Assembly: GCA_965203175.1 (NCBI GenBank)
Contig: OZ241867.1
Coordinates: forward strand, 992,001-1,056,000
DNA: 64,000 bases
Direction: 5' to 3'
Origin: Candidatus Latescibacterota bacterium
Lineage (GTDB): Bacteria; Latescibacterota; UBA2968; UBA8231
Positions 11,804 through 23,273 of the stretch are shown in pieces. Position numbers and translations under genes: made by a program. The notes below the pieces were generated by a model. The model was given only the letters and a program-made list of their open reading frames with translations. It had not been told where the DNA came from and did not search any database. Within the stretch, counting starts at the first letter, position 1. Every line of letters begins with the position of its first letter.

Positions 11804-12568
11804 TCACATCCACAATCTGTAGAGCAAGGGGTCGCGGAACTGCCCATCCTCTTGGACGGCGTAGTGCAATCCCGGCCTCCGAGCTCCACGTCCCTCGTCC
11901 AAAAGCGCGATGGACTGCCCTTTGAGCACGTAATCCCCCACATCGACGAACAGGCGCGCGTTGTATCCATATTGAGTCAGCAGACCATTGCCGTGGTCGA
12001 GAATCACCACGTAGCCGAGGTCCTTGTCGTAGCCCGCTTGCATCACTTGGCCCGCGGCACTGGCTCGTACCAAGCTGCCCGCAGCCGCAGCAATAACAAC
12101 CGAGGGATGTTCTTCGCTAAAGGGCCTGAGCACTGGCCCGCGCAACGGCCACAAGGTAGGGACGGTATGGACGTGACCCCAACGCAACCGCTGTATAAAG
12201 GAGATGTAGGGGGGACCATCGCTGGGCTGCGCTGCCTCCTCGTCTAATACCTCGGGCTTGCCTAAGATAGCGCGCAGTCGGTCATTGCCGCGCTTGAGTC
12301 GAACCAGCATTTTTTCGAGCTGATTGATCTGGCTCACTTGCTCTTCGAGCAGGGCATTATCCTGCTCGAGCTGTGCCGCCTGCTGCGTTAGCTCGTATTT
12401 GTCGAAATAAGACCAAAGCCCAAAGGGCAAAAACGAGAGCAAGACGAGACTGCACAACCCCAGCAACCACAAATATGCGCCGGAGATTTTAAACTCAAAG
12501 GTCTTGCGGCCCTTTTCTGGAATGACGATTAAGGTAATGTTGCTGCCCTTGAACATCGGTGTTTTCAC
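11804..12568 (-). CDS. M23 peptidase family protein (N-terminal TM and coiled coil), probably catalytically degenerate
   Basis: TM helix, coiled coil, PTLWPLRG, VRASAAG.V, GYVVILDHGNGLLT.Y, LHYAV...DP. Confidence 0.8.
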   Translation of the reverse strand: MKTPMFKGSNITLIVIPEKGRKTFEFKISGAYLWLLGLCSLVLLSFLPFGLWSYFDKYELTQQAAQLEQDNALLEEQVSQINQLEKMLVRLKRGNDRLRAILGKPEVLDEEAAQPSDGPPYISFIQRLRWGHVHTVPTLWPLRGPVLRPFSEEHPSVVIAAAAGSLVRASAAGQVMQAGYDKDLGYVVILDHGNGLLTQYGYNARLFVDVGDYVLKGQSIALLDEGRGARRPGLHYAVQEDGQFRDPLLYRLWM

Positions 12569-12769
12569 CAGCCGGCGACAAAACTTCGGCTATTTTCTCT
12601 AGTCAATATACCCTTCGGCAACCATAATACCAATCCGTTTCTCCACGCGCTCCATGTCGTAGTTGCTTGGCGGTCCGTTTTCGTCTGTAAGATGAATTAA
12701 TCCTAAATTCAATATATTTTATATCTGACGTTTAAGCCGCGCTCTCGCTTAAAAAACAATAGATCGCCC

Positions 12770-15079
12770 GTGTCGCCATTCCGCCTCTTACCCTTAGCAC
12801 TGTGCATGCTCGTGCCATTAAGCAGCCCCATTCGCGCCGAGCACCTAGTTATGACTTCGGCGGATATATGGGAAAACTGGGTGTACCCCCCCGGCGTTTT
12901 GCACCTAGACGAAGCAGGCTCGCTGCGGCCGGTGCATATCGGCAAAGACATTGACCCGCTCTCTGCGGCTATTGTTCGCGGGGCCGGAGCGGCACCATCT
13001 ACTGCTGTCCGCGCCTTTGACGGAGACCCCGCTACTAGCTGGAGTCCTCCGCCGGGCACGGCCCCCAAAGACTGGTGGCTCGAGATCGACTTGGGGCAGG
13101 TGTTCCCCGTCCAACAGATTCGCCTAAGCTTTGCCGACAGCGCGCCGCCCTTGCCCTTTTTTAATCTCTCGCTCTCCAAGGGCGAGCGCTTTATCAACAG
13201 CGCCAACGTCGTCGTCGAAGGCACCCTACTCTACAGCCACAGCCAGCGCTTCGCCTTCAACGAGGTGCGCGATGTCGCGATCAATCTCGACGACGAACTC
13301 GTCCAAGTTCTCCGCATCGAAGCCACTCGCGAAATAACCGGTGCGCCCGCGCTCGCCGAAATCCAAATCAGGGCCTTTGGCGACAATATCGCCTTTGACC
13401 TGATTGCCAAAGGCGGCACTGTCGATGTCGAGGCGGCCGTCGTCGCCGTGGCCGGCATTCCTTCGGTCATGTTCGACGGCGACCTCTCGACCATGTGGCG
13501 CGTCAACCCCCTCGCCAAAGGCTCCAGCGGCGACAGCGAGACCTTCGGCGATTACCGCATCGATCTAGGGGCGACCTACTGGATCGATTCGGTCTGGCTC
13601 TTGGGTGAGCCGTTGGGCATTCCGCCGCGGAAACGGCATCACTACGCCAACTTCCTCTCCTATCAGATGCAGTACTCCGACGGCTCGCTAGCACCTGACG
13701 GCTCGCTGGCTTGGCAGGCGTTAGCCTCTATTCCCCCCGATCCTCGCTACCTCTTCGATGTGCGCAACTTTCGCCACGATGTCCCCCTAATCGCCGCCCG
13801 CTACCTGCGTTTGATCTACCCCACTAGCCAAGGCGGCAACATCATCGGCGGTGGCCTGTCGGGCAGCGATATCGCCAACACCGGTCGCTTGGACGGGCTG
13901 GGCCTAGTCAGCGAGTTCCAAGTGTACGGCGAGGGGTACCCCGCCCGCGTCGTCCTGCGCTCGCCCGTTATCGACCTCGGCTCCAATTGGAATATCACGG
14001 CAATTGAGTGGGAAATTGACGCACCGCTCGGGGCTCTGTTCGCCTTGCGCAGCCGCACCGGCGACCACGTCGTCGAGCAGATGCGCTATTTCGACAAAAA
14101 CGGCAAAGAGGTTACCAAAAGGCGCTACGAAAAGCTGATCGCCTCGTTTCGCGGCCCCATCGAAACCACGCTCCAACCGGGCGATGGCTGGAGCGTGTGG
14201 AGCGAGGAATACCTCCGTACGGGCACCCGCTTCCGCTCGCCTTCGCCCCGGCGCTACGTCCAGCTCGAAGCCGAGCTGCGCGCCGACAGCCCGCAGGCCG
14301 GCATTGCCCTCGACGCGCTTGCCTTGATCTACTCTCGTCCTTTGGCGCGCACCGCGGTTGGCGAAGTCCACCCCGCGCGCGTCGAACCGGGCGAGCAAAC
14401 CGACTTCACGTACTTCCTCCGCCCAGAATTCGCTCGCGACAGCCAGGGCTTTGAGGCCATCGCCCTCGAAGCCTCGGTGCCCCTCGCGTTCCGCGCCCTG
14501 CAAATCGACGACGCGACAATCAATGTCGAAGTGGAAGAGACAAATGCGGGCCTCCGCTTGCATTTGCCCAAGCGAATCTCGGCCGCCGAGCGCGTCGAGC
14601 TAGATTTTGCCGCCACTGTCTTCCAAAACAATACCCGCTTCCGCGCCTTTCTAGAGCGCGAAAGCGGGCTTGACACCCTGCGTCAGCAGGTCGATCCAGG
14701 CGATGCAATTCCCGATTTAGCGGGAGCGGGCGACGCGGTGTCGCTGCCCGTGGACGAGAGCTTACTCTCGCGCCTAGACATAGGCGCGGGGATTTTTACT
14801 CCCAACGGCGACGGCGTCAACGACGCGCTGGCCATCTCTTTCGACGTGCTCAAGGTCCTAGACGCCCGCCCCATTGAAGCCCGCGTCTATGACCTGCGCG
14901 GCCAGCTAGTCCGCACGCTGCGAGATGCCGCCGGCGTGGCCGGCCACTATCAGCTAACTTGGGACGGCCGCCGCGACTCCGGCGCGCTAGCCCCGCCCGG
15001 CCTTTACCTCTTCCGCTTGCAGATCGCTGGCGACTCCGCCACCCGCACCTTGGTCCGCAGTATCGGCCTGAGCTACTAA
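12770..15079 (+). CDS. Secreted discoidin/FlgD Ig-like domain protein
   Basis: Signal peptide, AFDGDPATSW, IDLG motifs, SDGSLAPDGSL, FTPNGDGVND, WDGRRDSG..PPGLYL. Confidence 0.8.
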   Translation: MSPFRLLPLALCMLVPLSSPIRAEHLVMTSADIWENWVYPPGVLHLDEAGSLRPVHIGKDIDPLSAAIVRGAGAAPSTAVRAFDGDPATSWSPPPGTAPKDWWLEIDLGQVFPVQQIRLSFADSAPPLPFFNLSLSKGERFINSANVVVEGTLLYSHSQRFAFNEVRDVAINLDDELVQVLRIEATREITGAPALAEIQIRAFGDNIAFDLIAKGGTVDVEAAVVAVAGIPSVMFDGDLSTMWRVNPLAKGSSGDSETFGDYRIDLGATYWIDSVWLLGEPLGIPPRKRHHYANFLSYQMQYSDGSLAPDGSLAWQALASIPPDPRYLFDVRNFRHDVPLIAARYLRLIYPTSQGGNIIGGGLSGSDIANTGRLDGLGLVSEFQVYGEGYPARVVLRSPVIDLGSNWNITAIEWEIDAPLGALFALRSRTGDHVVEQMRYFDKNGKEVTKRRYEKLIASFRGPIETTLQPGDGWSVWSEEYLRTGTRFRSPSPRRYVQLEAELRADSPQAGIALDALALIYSRPLARTAVGEVHPARVEPGEQTDFTYFLRPEFARDSQGFEAIALEASVPLAFRALQIDDATINVEVEETNAGLRLHLPKRISAAERVELDFAATVFQNNTRFRAFLERESGLDTLRQQVDPGDAIPDLAGAGDAVSLPVDESLLSRLDIGAGIFTPNGDGVNDALAISFDVLKVLDARPIEARVYDLRGQLVRTLRDAAGVAGHYQLTWDGRRDSGALAPPGLYLFRLQIAGDSATRTLVRSIGLSY

Positions 15080-15636
15080 ACGCCTAGCTCGCGCATCAGC
15101 GCCCCGTGCGAGCCACCGTGCAGTTCGGGTCGCATATAGACCTTGCGCACGTAGTCGAGCCCGCCGGACAAATGCTCAAACTGCTCCTCTAGGGCACCGA
15201 AGAGCCGCGCTTGCGACACAAAGCCGAGCTGGGCCAACTCGGCTGCCGCCCCATAAGCCCTTCTGCCCTGCTCCAAGTAGTAGCCGCCAAGCCCCTGCCG
15301 CTCGACCCACGTGCGGAAGAGCCCAGTGGTAAAAAGCGCGTAGTCGCCTACGTGTCGGCGGATATCCATCTCGCGGTCGAAGGACCAACGCCGTTCTGGT
15401 TGCCGCTGTCGCCCGAGTTCCACCAACATCTCGGCGATGGTTTCAAGTGGCTGGCCGCGCAGATCGCGGATGCGGTAGAGCTGATCGGTGCGCGCAAAGC
15501 TCACCAACAGATCGACGACGTACTCGACTACTTCGCGGTCGGCAATGCCCAACGAAGTGAACCCAGGAAAAACCAAACGTTGGAAAAAAGACCGTAGTCC
15601 GGACGGCGAGATCGGCTTTGTAATGCGACGCGGCAT
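15076..15636 (-). CDS. Conserved hypothetical protein
   Basis: 186-aa ORF (RHVGDYALFTTGLF...YYLEQGRRAY) immediately downstream of the porin on the same strand; function not recognised. Confidence 0.6.
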   Translation of the reverse strand: MPRRITKPISPSGLRSFFQRLVFPGFTSLGIADREVVEYVVDLLVSFARTDQLYRIRDLRGQPLETIAEMLVELGRQRQPERRWSFDREMDIRRHVGDYALFTTGLFRTWVERQGLGGYYLEQGRRAYGAAAELAQLGFVSQARLFGALEEQFEHLSGGLDYVRKVYMRPELHGGSHGALMRELGV

Positions 15637-15657
15637 GTCGTATCAAAAACGTTCAGG

Positions 15658-16920
15658 TCAGAAAGTTGTGTTGGTCATAAGGTAAGTAAAGGTCATATCC
15701 CCGTTCCAGTCCTCAATCGAATCTTTGTAACGAGTAACGCTGGTCATGCTGTCGTCGGCTATCACTCGCGAAAGTCCGGCGACCACGGTAAAACCGGGGC
15801 GGTATTTGTAGGTAAGCGTCAAATCGACTTCCTCGCCCAAATGACTCGACTCCAAGTCGCCCTTTTGCGCTGTGCGGAAAGAGTGCCCGTGGACTCCGAG
15901 GGAGACCTGATCACTCAACGGCAACGCCGCCTTGAGCGCTAGGTCCTGCAGTCCGAGCCCGCCCGTGTGGACCGGGATATTGAGAAACAAATCGGCGTAC
16001 CCATAGTACTTGTGATTGGTCGCAAAGAGCGTGTCAAAGACCTTGGTCTTGTCATCGGCCAGATCGTCGTCGCCAGACAGGTAATCGTACCACAAAGTGA
16101 GGTCTAGCCCGCCTAAAGACCCGCCAATGCGCCCACCGAACATGAAGGCCGATACGTCTTGGGCGCTGCGCTGACCGGTCTGGAAAGAACCCTCGAAACG
16201 GTAGGAGTACGCCGTCTTCTTCCCCGCCAAGCGCGCCCCCATAGTGACCTGATCCGTGTCTTTAGCTCCGTCCTTGTTGTAGAGCGCGTAGAGGTCCAAG
16301 CTGCCAGCCGGCAGTTGCTCCAAGGTCGCGTACGCACCCGTCAAATAGGCGTCGTCTGCAAACTGAGCCGAGGTCGAGTCCGACTCGGTCACCTGAATCG
16401 CCGTCAGGTTCACCTGTCCCCAAGAGGGTGCCAACAGCAGTTGCAGACCGTCGAAAACCCGGCCTTGCTGGGTCCACTCGACCGCGCCGATCAGCCGCTG
16501 ACCACCAAGGGCGACGATCTGACGGCCAATTTTGAGCGAGTGGTCGCCGTCGCCCAGTTTCTTCAGGTGGACATAACCCTGATGCAGGTCAAACTTATCG
16601 GCGCTGTAATCCGTCAGGGTATTCTTTTCCTCACCCCACAAGCGCACATCTTGGAGCTGGATCATCAGATCGACATCGCTATCGAGCGAGGCCACCATCT
16701 GGGTTCGCACCCGCATGGAGGTGAAGGAGTCGTAGTTGTTTGCAAATGGATCGCGGAACTCGTAGCGCGGCCGAATCTGGCCACCCCAGACAATCGCGGC
16801 CCCCATGCGGGAGCCGGACTGCTCTTTTTTAGCGTAGCTGGCGCTGGATGCAACTACGCTCAAAAGAAATGCGGAATAGATTGCAAGACGCACGGCGTTC
16901 CTCCGACGTAAAGATGGCAT
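15658..16920 (-). CDS. Alginate-export-family outer-membrane beta-barrel (putative nitrate/nitrite porin)
   Basis: Signal peptide, GQIRPRYE, LHQGY, KIGRQ...QRLIG, YDYLSGD, TNHKYYG, LGEEVDL, terminal Phe. Confidence 0.8.
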   Translation of the reverse strand: MPSLRRRNAVRLAIYSAFLLSVVASSASYAKKEQSGSRMGAAIVWGGQIRPRYEFRDPFANNYDSFTSMRVRTQMVASLDSDVDLMIQLQDVRLWGEEKNTLTDYSADKFDLHQGYVHLKKLGDGDHSLKIGRQIVALGGQRLIGAVEWTQQGRVFDGLQLLLAPSWGQVNLTAIQVTESDSTSAQFADDAYLTGAYATLEQLPAGSLDLYALYNKDGAKDTDQVTMGARLAGKKTAYSYRFEGSFQTGQRSAQDVSAFMFGGRIGGSLGGLDLTLWYDYLSGDDDLADDKTKVFDTLFATNHKYYGYADLFLNIPVHTGGLGLQDLALKAALPLSDQVSLGVHGHSFRTAQKGDLESSHLGEEVDLTLTYKYRPGFTVVAGLSRVIADDSMTSVTRYKDSIEDWNGDMTFTYLMTNTTF

Positions 16921-16952
16921 GGATGTAGATTAAGTTAAACCGCGAATCTCGG

Positions 16953-17798
16953 TCAAGCTACCTGCTTTGGGGCGGTTTCGTCTAGAGTTTCCCGTTCCTC
17001 ATCCGGTACTGCGCCCGGTTCGACCAACGCCGGGCCGTCGAGGAAGCGCAGTAGGTGGCCGCGCAAATCGTAGAAGTGCTCGTGCTCACACACCGTGCGT
17101 CGATCTCGCGGCCGCGGGAATTCCACCGGCAGAACGTCGCCGACCTTGGCCTGCGGGCCGCTGGTCATCATCACTACGCGGTCGGAGAGAAAAAGCGCCT
17201 CATCCACATCGTGGGTCACCATGATTGCGGTAATCCGGTCTCGCCGCCAGACCTCCAACAGCACGTCTTGCAGCTCGGTGCGAGTCAGCGAATCGAGCAT
17301 TCCAAATGGCTCGTCGAGCAGCAGTAGCTTGGGCTTGAGCGCAAAGGCGCGGGCAATCCCCACGCGCTGGCGCATCCCCTGCGATAACTCGGCCGCGCGC
17401 TTGTCGAGCGCGTCAACCAAGCCCACGCGGTTGAGATAGTACTCGGCTATTTCCCGTCGCTCGCGCTTGCTGCCGTGCGGAAAGACTTGTTCGACGCCGA
17501 GCAGCACATTCTCCATGGCCGTCATCCACGGAAACAGACTCGGCGACTGGAAGACCATCCCACGGTCGGGTCCCGGTCCGGTAACCCGGCGTCCGTCTAT
17601 GTAAATGGCCCCGTCGGAGATCTTGTTGAGGCCGGCGATCATCGACAGCACCGTTGACTTGCCGCAGCCCGAGTGGCCAATGATGGAGACGAATTCTCCT
17701 TGTTCAATCCGCAAATCAAAGCCCTTGACCACGGCCATTGGCCCATCGACCGTCGGATAGACCTTGGCGAGATTCGCGAATTCAATATACGCATTCAT
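16953..17798 (-). CDS. Nitrate/nitrite ABC transporter ATP-binding protein (NrtD-like)
   Basis: [37 protein letters not shown]. Confidence 0.9.
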   Translation of the reverse strand: MNAYIEFANLAKVYPTVDGPMAVVKGFDLRIEQGEFVSIIGHSGCGKSTVLSMIAGLNKISDGAIYIDGRRVTGPGPDRGMVFQSPSLFPWMTAMENVLLGVEQVFPHGSKRERREIAEYYLNRVGLVDALDKRAAELSQGMRQRVGIARAFALKPKLLLLDEPFGMLDSLTRTELQDVLLEVWRRDRITAIMVTHDVDEALFLSDRVVMMTSGPQAKVGDVLPVEFPRPRDRRTVCEHEHFYDLRGHLLRFLDGPALVEPGAVPDEERETLDETAPKQVA

Positions 17799-18658
17799 CG
17801 AGACTGCTCCATAGGTTCTAGATTGGGTAACGCAAGTTCCTTGAACTCAGCGTGCTGAGCCAACCCTTGGTCGGGCCGCACTTCGAGCAAATAACTGTTG
17901 ATGGCGTTGCGGACGACTTTGTAGCCGACATCGCTATTGAGCTCGGTGCGGTCGCGGGGCCGGTCCAGTTCCACCTGAAAATGGGGCCCTAGCGTCGCGG
18001 CCTGCGACGCGGCTCCGGGCTTGAGCGGGATGATGCGGTCGGCGAGGACCAAGCCCTCGTCAACGTCGTTGGTGATCAGCACTGCGGTCTTGCGCTCCTC
18101 GCGCCAGATCTTCTCAATCTCGGCCTGCAAGGTGCCCCGCGTCAGCGCATCGAGGGCGCTGAGCGGCTCATCCATCAGCAAAATCTCTGGGTCCATCGCC
18201 AAGGCGCGCGCAACGGCTACCCGCTGGCGCATGCCCCCTGAAAGCTCAACCGGCCGCTTTTGCAGTGCCGGCGTCAGATGGACCATCTCGACGTAGCGCT
18301 CGACGTGGGCGCGGCGCTTTTTCGCTGGCCAAGCGGAGAAGAGGTGATTGACTACCAAGGCTACGTTGCCATAGACGGTCAGCCACGGCAGCAGCGAATA
18401 GTTCTGGAAGATGACGCCGCGCTCGGGACCGGGGCCGACGATCGGTTTGCCGTCGATGAGGATTTCGCCCTCGTCAGGGTCGCTTAGACCGGCGATCAGC
18501 GAGATCAGCGTGGTTTTGCCGCTACCTGAAAAACCGACGATGGCCACGAATTCTCCCCGTTCGATCTCCAAGCTGACGTTCGCGAGCACCTCGGTGCGCT
18601 CGGCACCTTCGCCATAGGCTTTGCTGACATTGCGCAATTCGAGAAAAGCCATGCCCAT
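17795..18658 (-). CDS. Nitrate/nitrite ABC transporter ATP-binding protein (NrtC-like)
   Basis: [39 protein letters not shown]. Confidence 0.9.
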   Translation of the reverse strand: MGMAFLELRNVSKAYGEGAERTEVLANVSLEIERGEFVAIVGFSGSGKTTLISLIAGLSDPDEGEILIDGKPIVGPGPERGVIFQNYSLLPWLTVYGNVALVVNHLFSAWPAKKRRAHVERYVEMVHLTPALQKRPVELSGGMRQRVAVARALAMDPEILLMDEPLSALDALTRGTLQAEIEKIWREERKTAVLITNDVDEGLVLADRIIPLKPGAASQAATLGPHFQVELDRPRDRTELNSDVGYKVVRNAINSYLLEVRPDQGLAQHAEFKELALPNLEPMEQSR

Positions 18659-18662
18659 GCCC

Positions 18663-19688
18663 TCAGGTGCCGACCGGCTCGTCGCCGAAGCTGACTAGCT
18701 TGTGCAGGATGACCATCGCCCGGTCGAGCATAAAGCCGATAAAGCCAATGGTCAGCACGGCCACCAAGATCCGCGCCAACGAGTGGCTGCTGCCGTTTTG
18801 AAACTCGTCCCACACGAACTTGCCCAAGCCTGGGTTTTGTGCCAACATCTCCGCGGCGATCAGTACCATCCAGCCGACGCCGAGCGAGATGCGCAGGCCC
18901 GTGAAGATGTAGGGCAGCGAGGCCGGCAGGACGATCTTAAAAATCCGGTCTTTGACCCCGAGGTTGAGCACCCGCGCCACATTGACGTAATCCTGACTTA
19001 GCGACGACACGCCCAAGGCGGTGTTGATCAGCGCTGGCCACAGCGAGCACAGCGACACAGTGACCGCCGAATTGATAAAGGACTTTGCAAAAAGTCCGTC
19101 GTTGGTCGTGTAGAGGGCACTGACCACCATCGTCACTAGCGGCAGCCAAGCCAGCGGCGACACGGGCTTGAATATCTGGATCAATGGATTAAACGCGTTC
19201 ATCACCGTGCGACTCATGCCGCAAAACAGGCCGAGTGGTACGGCCACCAGTGCAGCCAGCACAAAGCCGGCGAAAACCGTGTACAGGCTAGTGCCGATCT
19301 GGTCCAGATACGTCGGCTTGCCGGTGTATCGGCGAATCTTGACTTGGGCTTGTGGGTTTGCGGCCAATTTCTCGGCGTTGCGCTTTTCCTGCCGCTCGTA
19401 GAACGCCTGCGCTTTTTCCCGTTCTTCCACGTGCTCTTCCCACAGGCCTACCGCCTGCTGGTAGGCCTGCGTCGGCCCGGGGATATTGCCCAAGCTGGTC
19501 TCGATTTGGGCGGCGATCAACGACCACAGCATCAGGAAGGTGACGAACGCGCTCACGGGCACGCCGATCAGGGTCCAGATGTCGCGGACCTGCTGGCCGG
19601 GATTTTCCCCGGCGGCTAGTTTGACCACCGGCGTCAGCCAAGTCAGCCCGACGAAAATGAGGATTTTGTTCAGCTTATCGACTAGCAA
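18663..19688 (-). CDS. Nitrate/nitrite ABC transporter permease (NrtB-like)
   Basis: [38 protein letters not shown]; multiple TM helices. Confidence 0.9.
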   Translation of the reverse strand: MLVDKLNKILIFVGLTWLTPVVKLAAGENPGQQVRDIWTLIGVPVSAFVTFLMLWSLIAAQIETSLGNIPGPTQAYQQAVGLWEEHVEEREKAQAFYERQEKRNAEKLAANPQAQVKIRRYTGKPTYLDQIGTSLYTVFAGFVLAALVAVPLGLFCGMSRTVMNAFNPLIQIFKPVSPLAWLPLVTMVVSALYTTNDGLFAKSFINSAVTVSLCSLWPALINTALGVSSLSQDYVNVARVLNLGVKDRIFKIVLPASLPYIFTGLRISLGVGWMVLIAAEMLAQNPGLGKFVWDEFQNGSSHSLARILVAVLTIGFIGFMLDRAMVILHKLVSFGDEPVGT

Positions 19689-19699
19689 TCTACCGCCTC

Positions 19700-21064
19700 C
19701 TATTTCATCGACGTTTTGGTGTAGTCGTCCTTGATACCCACGCGAAATTTGTGCAGATAGGCGTTGGGCTGGCGACCGTCGTACTCGACTCCATCTATAA
19801 AGTCGCTGGTCGGCTCCTTGTAGCCGTCGGTTTGGGGAATCTCGTCGGCTGTCAAGTAACCATCCTCCACGAGCAGAGCTGCGGCCTCGTGCCAGATGTC
19901 GGGCCGGTAGATCTCCTTAATCGTCGCGTGATACCAAGAGTCGGGTTTGGGGGCGTCGATCTGGCCCCAGCGCCGCATCTGGGTCAAGAACCAAATGCCG
20001 TCGCTGTAGAAAGGGTACGTGGCGGCGTAGCGGTAGAACACATTGAAGTCCGGCATTGCGCGCTTGTCGCCCTTTTCAAACTCAAAAGTGCCGGTCATGC
20101 TGTTGGCGATGACCTCAAAGTCAGCGCCGACATACTCCGAGCGGGAGAGGATCCGCGCCGCTTCAACGCGGTTTTTTGGCTCGCCATCTTCGCCTTCCTC
20201 GTCGAGCCACTTGCCAGCGCGAATTAGCGCCTTGACCACCGCTTTGTGCGTGTTGGGGTGCTTGTCGGCCCAAGCCTTGCTGACGCCAAAGACCTTTTCC
20301 GGATTGTTCTTCCACACGTCGTAGTTGGTCGTCACCGGCACGCCAATGCCCTTGAACACGGCCTGTTGGTTCCACGGTTCGCCCACGCAGTACCCGTAGA
20401 TGGTGCCCGCTTCCAAGGTCGCCGGCATCTGCGGCGGCGGCGTCACCGACAGCAGCACATCGGCATCGGTCATGCCGGTTATGTCCTCGCTAGTGTAGTA
20501 ACCCGGACTAATGCCGGCGGCGGCCAGCCAGTAGCGCAGCTCGTAATTGTGCGTCGAAACCGGAAAGACTATGCCCATCTTGAACCCGCGGCCCTCGTCT
20601 CGGTAGGCTTCCACAATCGGCTTGAGCGCATCGGCCTTGATCGGGTGGGTCGGCTTGCCGTCTGCGCGCTTGGGCACGTGGGGCTTCATTTGCTCCCAGA
20701 CCTCGTTGGCGACCGTGATGCCATTGCCGTTGAGATCCATGCTGCAGGCGGTAATAATGTGGGCTTGAGTGCCAAAGCCAATGGTCGCGCCAATCGGCTG
20801 TCCGGCCAGCATGTGCGCCCCGTCTAGTTCGCCGTCGATGACGCGGTCGAGCAGCACCTTCCAATTGGCCTGCGCCTCCAAGGTGACGAAAAGCCCCTCA
20901 TCCTCGAAGAAGAACTGCTCCTTGGCAATGACCAAAGGCGCGCAGTCGGTCAGCTTGATGAAACCGAACTTGAGTTCGTCTTTTTCTAATGCTAGTTCCC
21001 CAGCACCGATTCCCTCGGCGCAGGACAAGACGGCCAAGGCAACGGCTGCGATAACTGCTTTCAT
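19700..21064 (-). CDS. CmpA/NrtA family nitrate-binding protein
   Basis: [37 protein letters not shown]; start MKAVIAAV with RBS GAGGAG. Confidence 0.92.
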   Translation of the reverse strand: MKAVIAAVALAVLSCAEGIGAGELALEKDELKFGFIKLTDCAPLVIAKEQFFFEDEGLFVTLEAQANWKVLLDRVIDGELDGAHMLAGQPIGATIGFGTQAHIITACSMDLNGNGITVANEVWEQMKPHVPKRADGKPTHPIKADALKPIVEAYRDEGRGFKMGIVFPVSTHNYELRYWLAAAGISPGYYTSEDITGMTDADVLLSVTPPPQMPATLEAGTIYGYCVGEPWNQQAVFKGIGVPVTTNYDVWKNNPEKVFGVSKAWADKHPNTHKAVVKALIRAGKWLDEEGEDGEPKNRVEAARILSRSEYVGADFEVIANSMTGTFEFEKGDKRAMPDFNVFYRYAATYPFYSDGIWFLTQMRRWGQIDAPKPDSWYHATIKEIYRPDIWHEAAALLVEDGYLTADEIPQTDGYKEPTSDFIDGVEYDGRQPNAYLHKFRVGIKDDYTKTSMK

Positions 21065-21071
21065 AATCTCC

Positions 21072-23273
21072 TCATTTAGCGGTGGTTTTTTCGACTCGTT
21101 CAATGCGCACGGCGCACTGCTTGTAGTTGGGCTCGCGCGACTTCGGGCAGAACGCCGGGAGGGTGAGTTGGTTGACGCACTGCTCGGCAAAGTGAAAGGG
21201 CACAAAGAGTTGGTCTGGATGGATCGTCTCGGTAATCCGCAGCAGCAAGCCCTCGACGCGCCCGCGTCTGGAGACCAAAGAGACGCGATTGCGCGGGCCA
21301 AGGCGGAAGCGCCGCGCGGTCTGCGGATGGATCTCGACCCAAGGCTCGGGCGAGAGCTTTTCCAGCATCGGCACGTCGCGGGTCTTGGTCCGCGTGTGCC
21401 AGTGCTCTACCGTGCGCCCGGTGTTGAGCAGAATGGGGTATTCGTCGTCCGGCGGCTCGGGTAGCGGCAGCGGCGCAGTGTACAACAACCGCGCCCGGCT
21501 GTCCTCGGTCGGGAAGCGACCGTCGGTGTACAGGCTGTCAACGCCCTCGGGATGCGCGTCGTTGCAGGGCCACTGAATCCCGCCCAAGGCGTCCATCTTC
21601 TCATAGCTCATGCCGCTGTAATCGCAGAGCTGTCCCTTGGATATTCGGCGCATTTCCGCGAACGCATCGGCCGAGCCGCGCCATCCGGGAAAGAGTTCGT
21701 CGCTGACCCCAAGCACTCGGGCCAAATCCATGAAAATATCGAAATCGGCCTTGGCTTCCCCAGGCGGCGACACGGCTTGCCGCACCCGGCTAGCGCGGCG
21801 CTCGCTGTTGGTATAACTGCCGCTCTTCTCGCCCCACACAGCCGTCGGCAGCACCAAGTCGGCCAGCTCGGTAGTAGGCGTCGGGTGGAAACCGTCTTGC
21901 ACTACGAGCAGATCGAGGCCAGCGAGCGCCTGGCGCAACCGCTCCTGATCGGGAAAGCTAGCCAGCGGATTGGTGGCAATCACCCACAGCGCCTTGATGC
22001 GGCCCGCTGTGATGGCGTCGATGATGTCGGGATAGGCCAGGCCGCGCTTTTGGGGCAGTCGTTCCGCGTCCAACCCCCACAACACCGCCAATTCCTCGCG
22101 GTCTGCTCGGCTCTCGAACTTGCGGTAGCCCGGCAGCGATGAGGCAAAACCAAACTCGCGGGTGCCCATGGCATTGCACTGGCCGGTGATGGACAACGGC
22201 GCAGCACCCGTGCGGCCGATATTGCCCGTAATCAGCGCGAGGGTGTTGATCAAGCTGACGGTATCCGTCCCTTGCGTCGAGTGATTGACGCCCATGGTCC
22301 ACGCAAAGAGGACGTTTTCGGCCTTGGCAATCGCCTCGAAGGCCGCCCAGATCGCTTCGGGACTTAAACCCGTGTGCTCCGCCACGACCTCGATGGGATA
22401 ATGACTAGCGTGTTCGGCCAGCGCCTCAAAACCAGTGGTATGAGCATCGACGAAGTCTCGATCGACATAGCCGTGCTCAATCACCAAGTTGATCAGGCCG
22501 TTGAGCAGATACACATCGCCGCGCGGCCGGATCGGCAGATAGAGGTCGGCAAACATCGCCGTCTTGGTCTTGCGCGGATCGCAGACGATCAGTTTGTAAT
22601 CTTCGTTCTGGTTGAGATGATGCCAGAGGATGGGGTGATTGTCGGCGATATTCGCACCGATCAAAAAAACCGTATCGGCCTCTCGCAAACCGCGATACGA
22701 TCCCGGCGGGCCGTCCGAGCCAAAGCTCTGTTTGTAACCAGCCACCGCCGAGCTCATGCACAGCGTGGTATTGCCGTCGTAACTGCTCGTGCCAAAGCCC
22801 AGTTGCACTAGCTTGCCTAGCGCGTAAAACTCCTCGGTGACGAGCTGGCCGGTTGACAACACGGCAAAACTCTCTTTGCCGTACTGCTCCTGAATCCGGC
22901 ACACCCGTCCCACCATCTCCTCGTAAGCCCGTTCCCAAGAGATGGGGTCGCCGTGCCACAGCGGGGCATGGGCGCGATTGGGGCTTTTCAGGGGCAGGTG
23001 CTCGCTCAAGCCTTTTGGACAGAGGCTGCCCTCGTTGACAGGGTGCTCCTCATCGCCGCGCACCGAGACGATTTCGTCTCCCTTGACGCCCACTACCATG
23101 CCGCAACCCACCGAGCAGTAGCCGCAGGTGGTCTTGACCCAGCGCTCGGGGATTTTCTTTTGCGACAGATATCCGTACTGAGGGTCGCGACCAAAGGCGT
23201 ACTCGTCCGCCTTAATGTCAAAGCCAAGAGATTCTTTGATTTTCTGTCCGAGTTTCATCGCTAGCCCCGTCAC
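21072..23273 (-). CDS. nasA: Molybdopterin nitrate reductase catalytic subunit (NasA/NarB-like)
   Basis: CGYCSVGC...LCPKG [4Fe-4S] motif, TTLCMSSA Mo ligand, [26 protein letters not shown]; no Tat signal. Confidence 0.85.
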   Translation of the reverse strand: MTGLAMKLGQKIKESLGFDIKADEYAFGRDPQYGYLSQKKIPERWVKTTCGYCSVGCGMVVGVKGDEIVSVRGDEEHPVNEGSLCPKGLSEHLPLKSPNRAHAPLWHGDPISWERAYEEMVGRVCRIQEQYGKESFAVLSTGQLVTEEFYALGKLVQLGFGTSSYDGNTTLCMSSAVAGYKQSFGSDGPPGSYRGLREADTVFLIGANIADNHPILWHHLNQNEDYKLIVCDPRKTKTAMFADLYLPIRPRGDVYLLNGLINLVIEHGYVDRDFVDAHTTGFEALAEHASHYPIEVVAEHTGLSPEAIWAAFEAIAKAENVLFAWTMGVNHSTQGTDTVSLINTLALITGNIGRTGAAPLSITGQCNAMGTREFGFASSLPGYRKFESRADREELAVLWGLDAERLPQKRGLAYPDIIDAITAGRIKALWVIATNPLASFPDQERLRQALAGLDLLVVQDGFHPTPTTELADLVLPTAVWGEKSGSYTNSERRASRVRQAVSPPGEAKADFDIFMDLARVLGVSDELFPGWRGSADAFAEMRRISKGQLCDYSGMSYEKMDALGGIQWPCNDAHPEGVDSLYTDGRFPTEDSRARLLYTAPLPLPEPPDDEYPILLNTGRTVEHWHTRTKTRDVPMLEKLSPEPWVEIHPQTARRFRLGPRNRVSLVSRRGRVEGLLLRITETIHPDQLFVPFHFAEQCVNQLTLPAFCPKSREPNYKQCAVRIERVEKTTAK

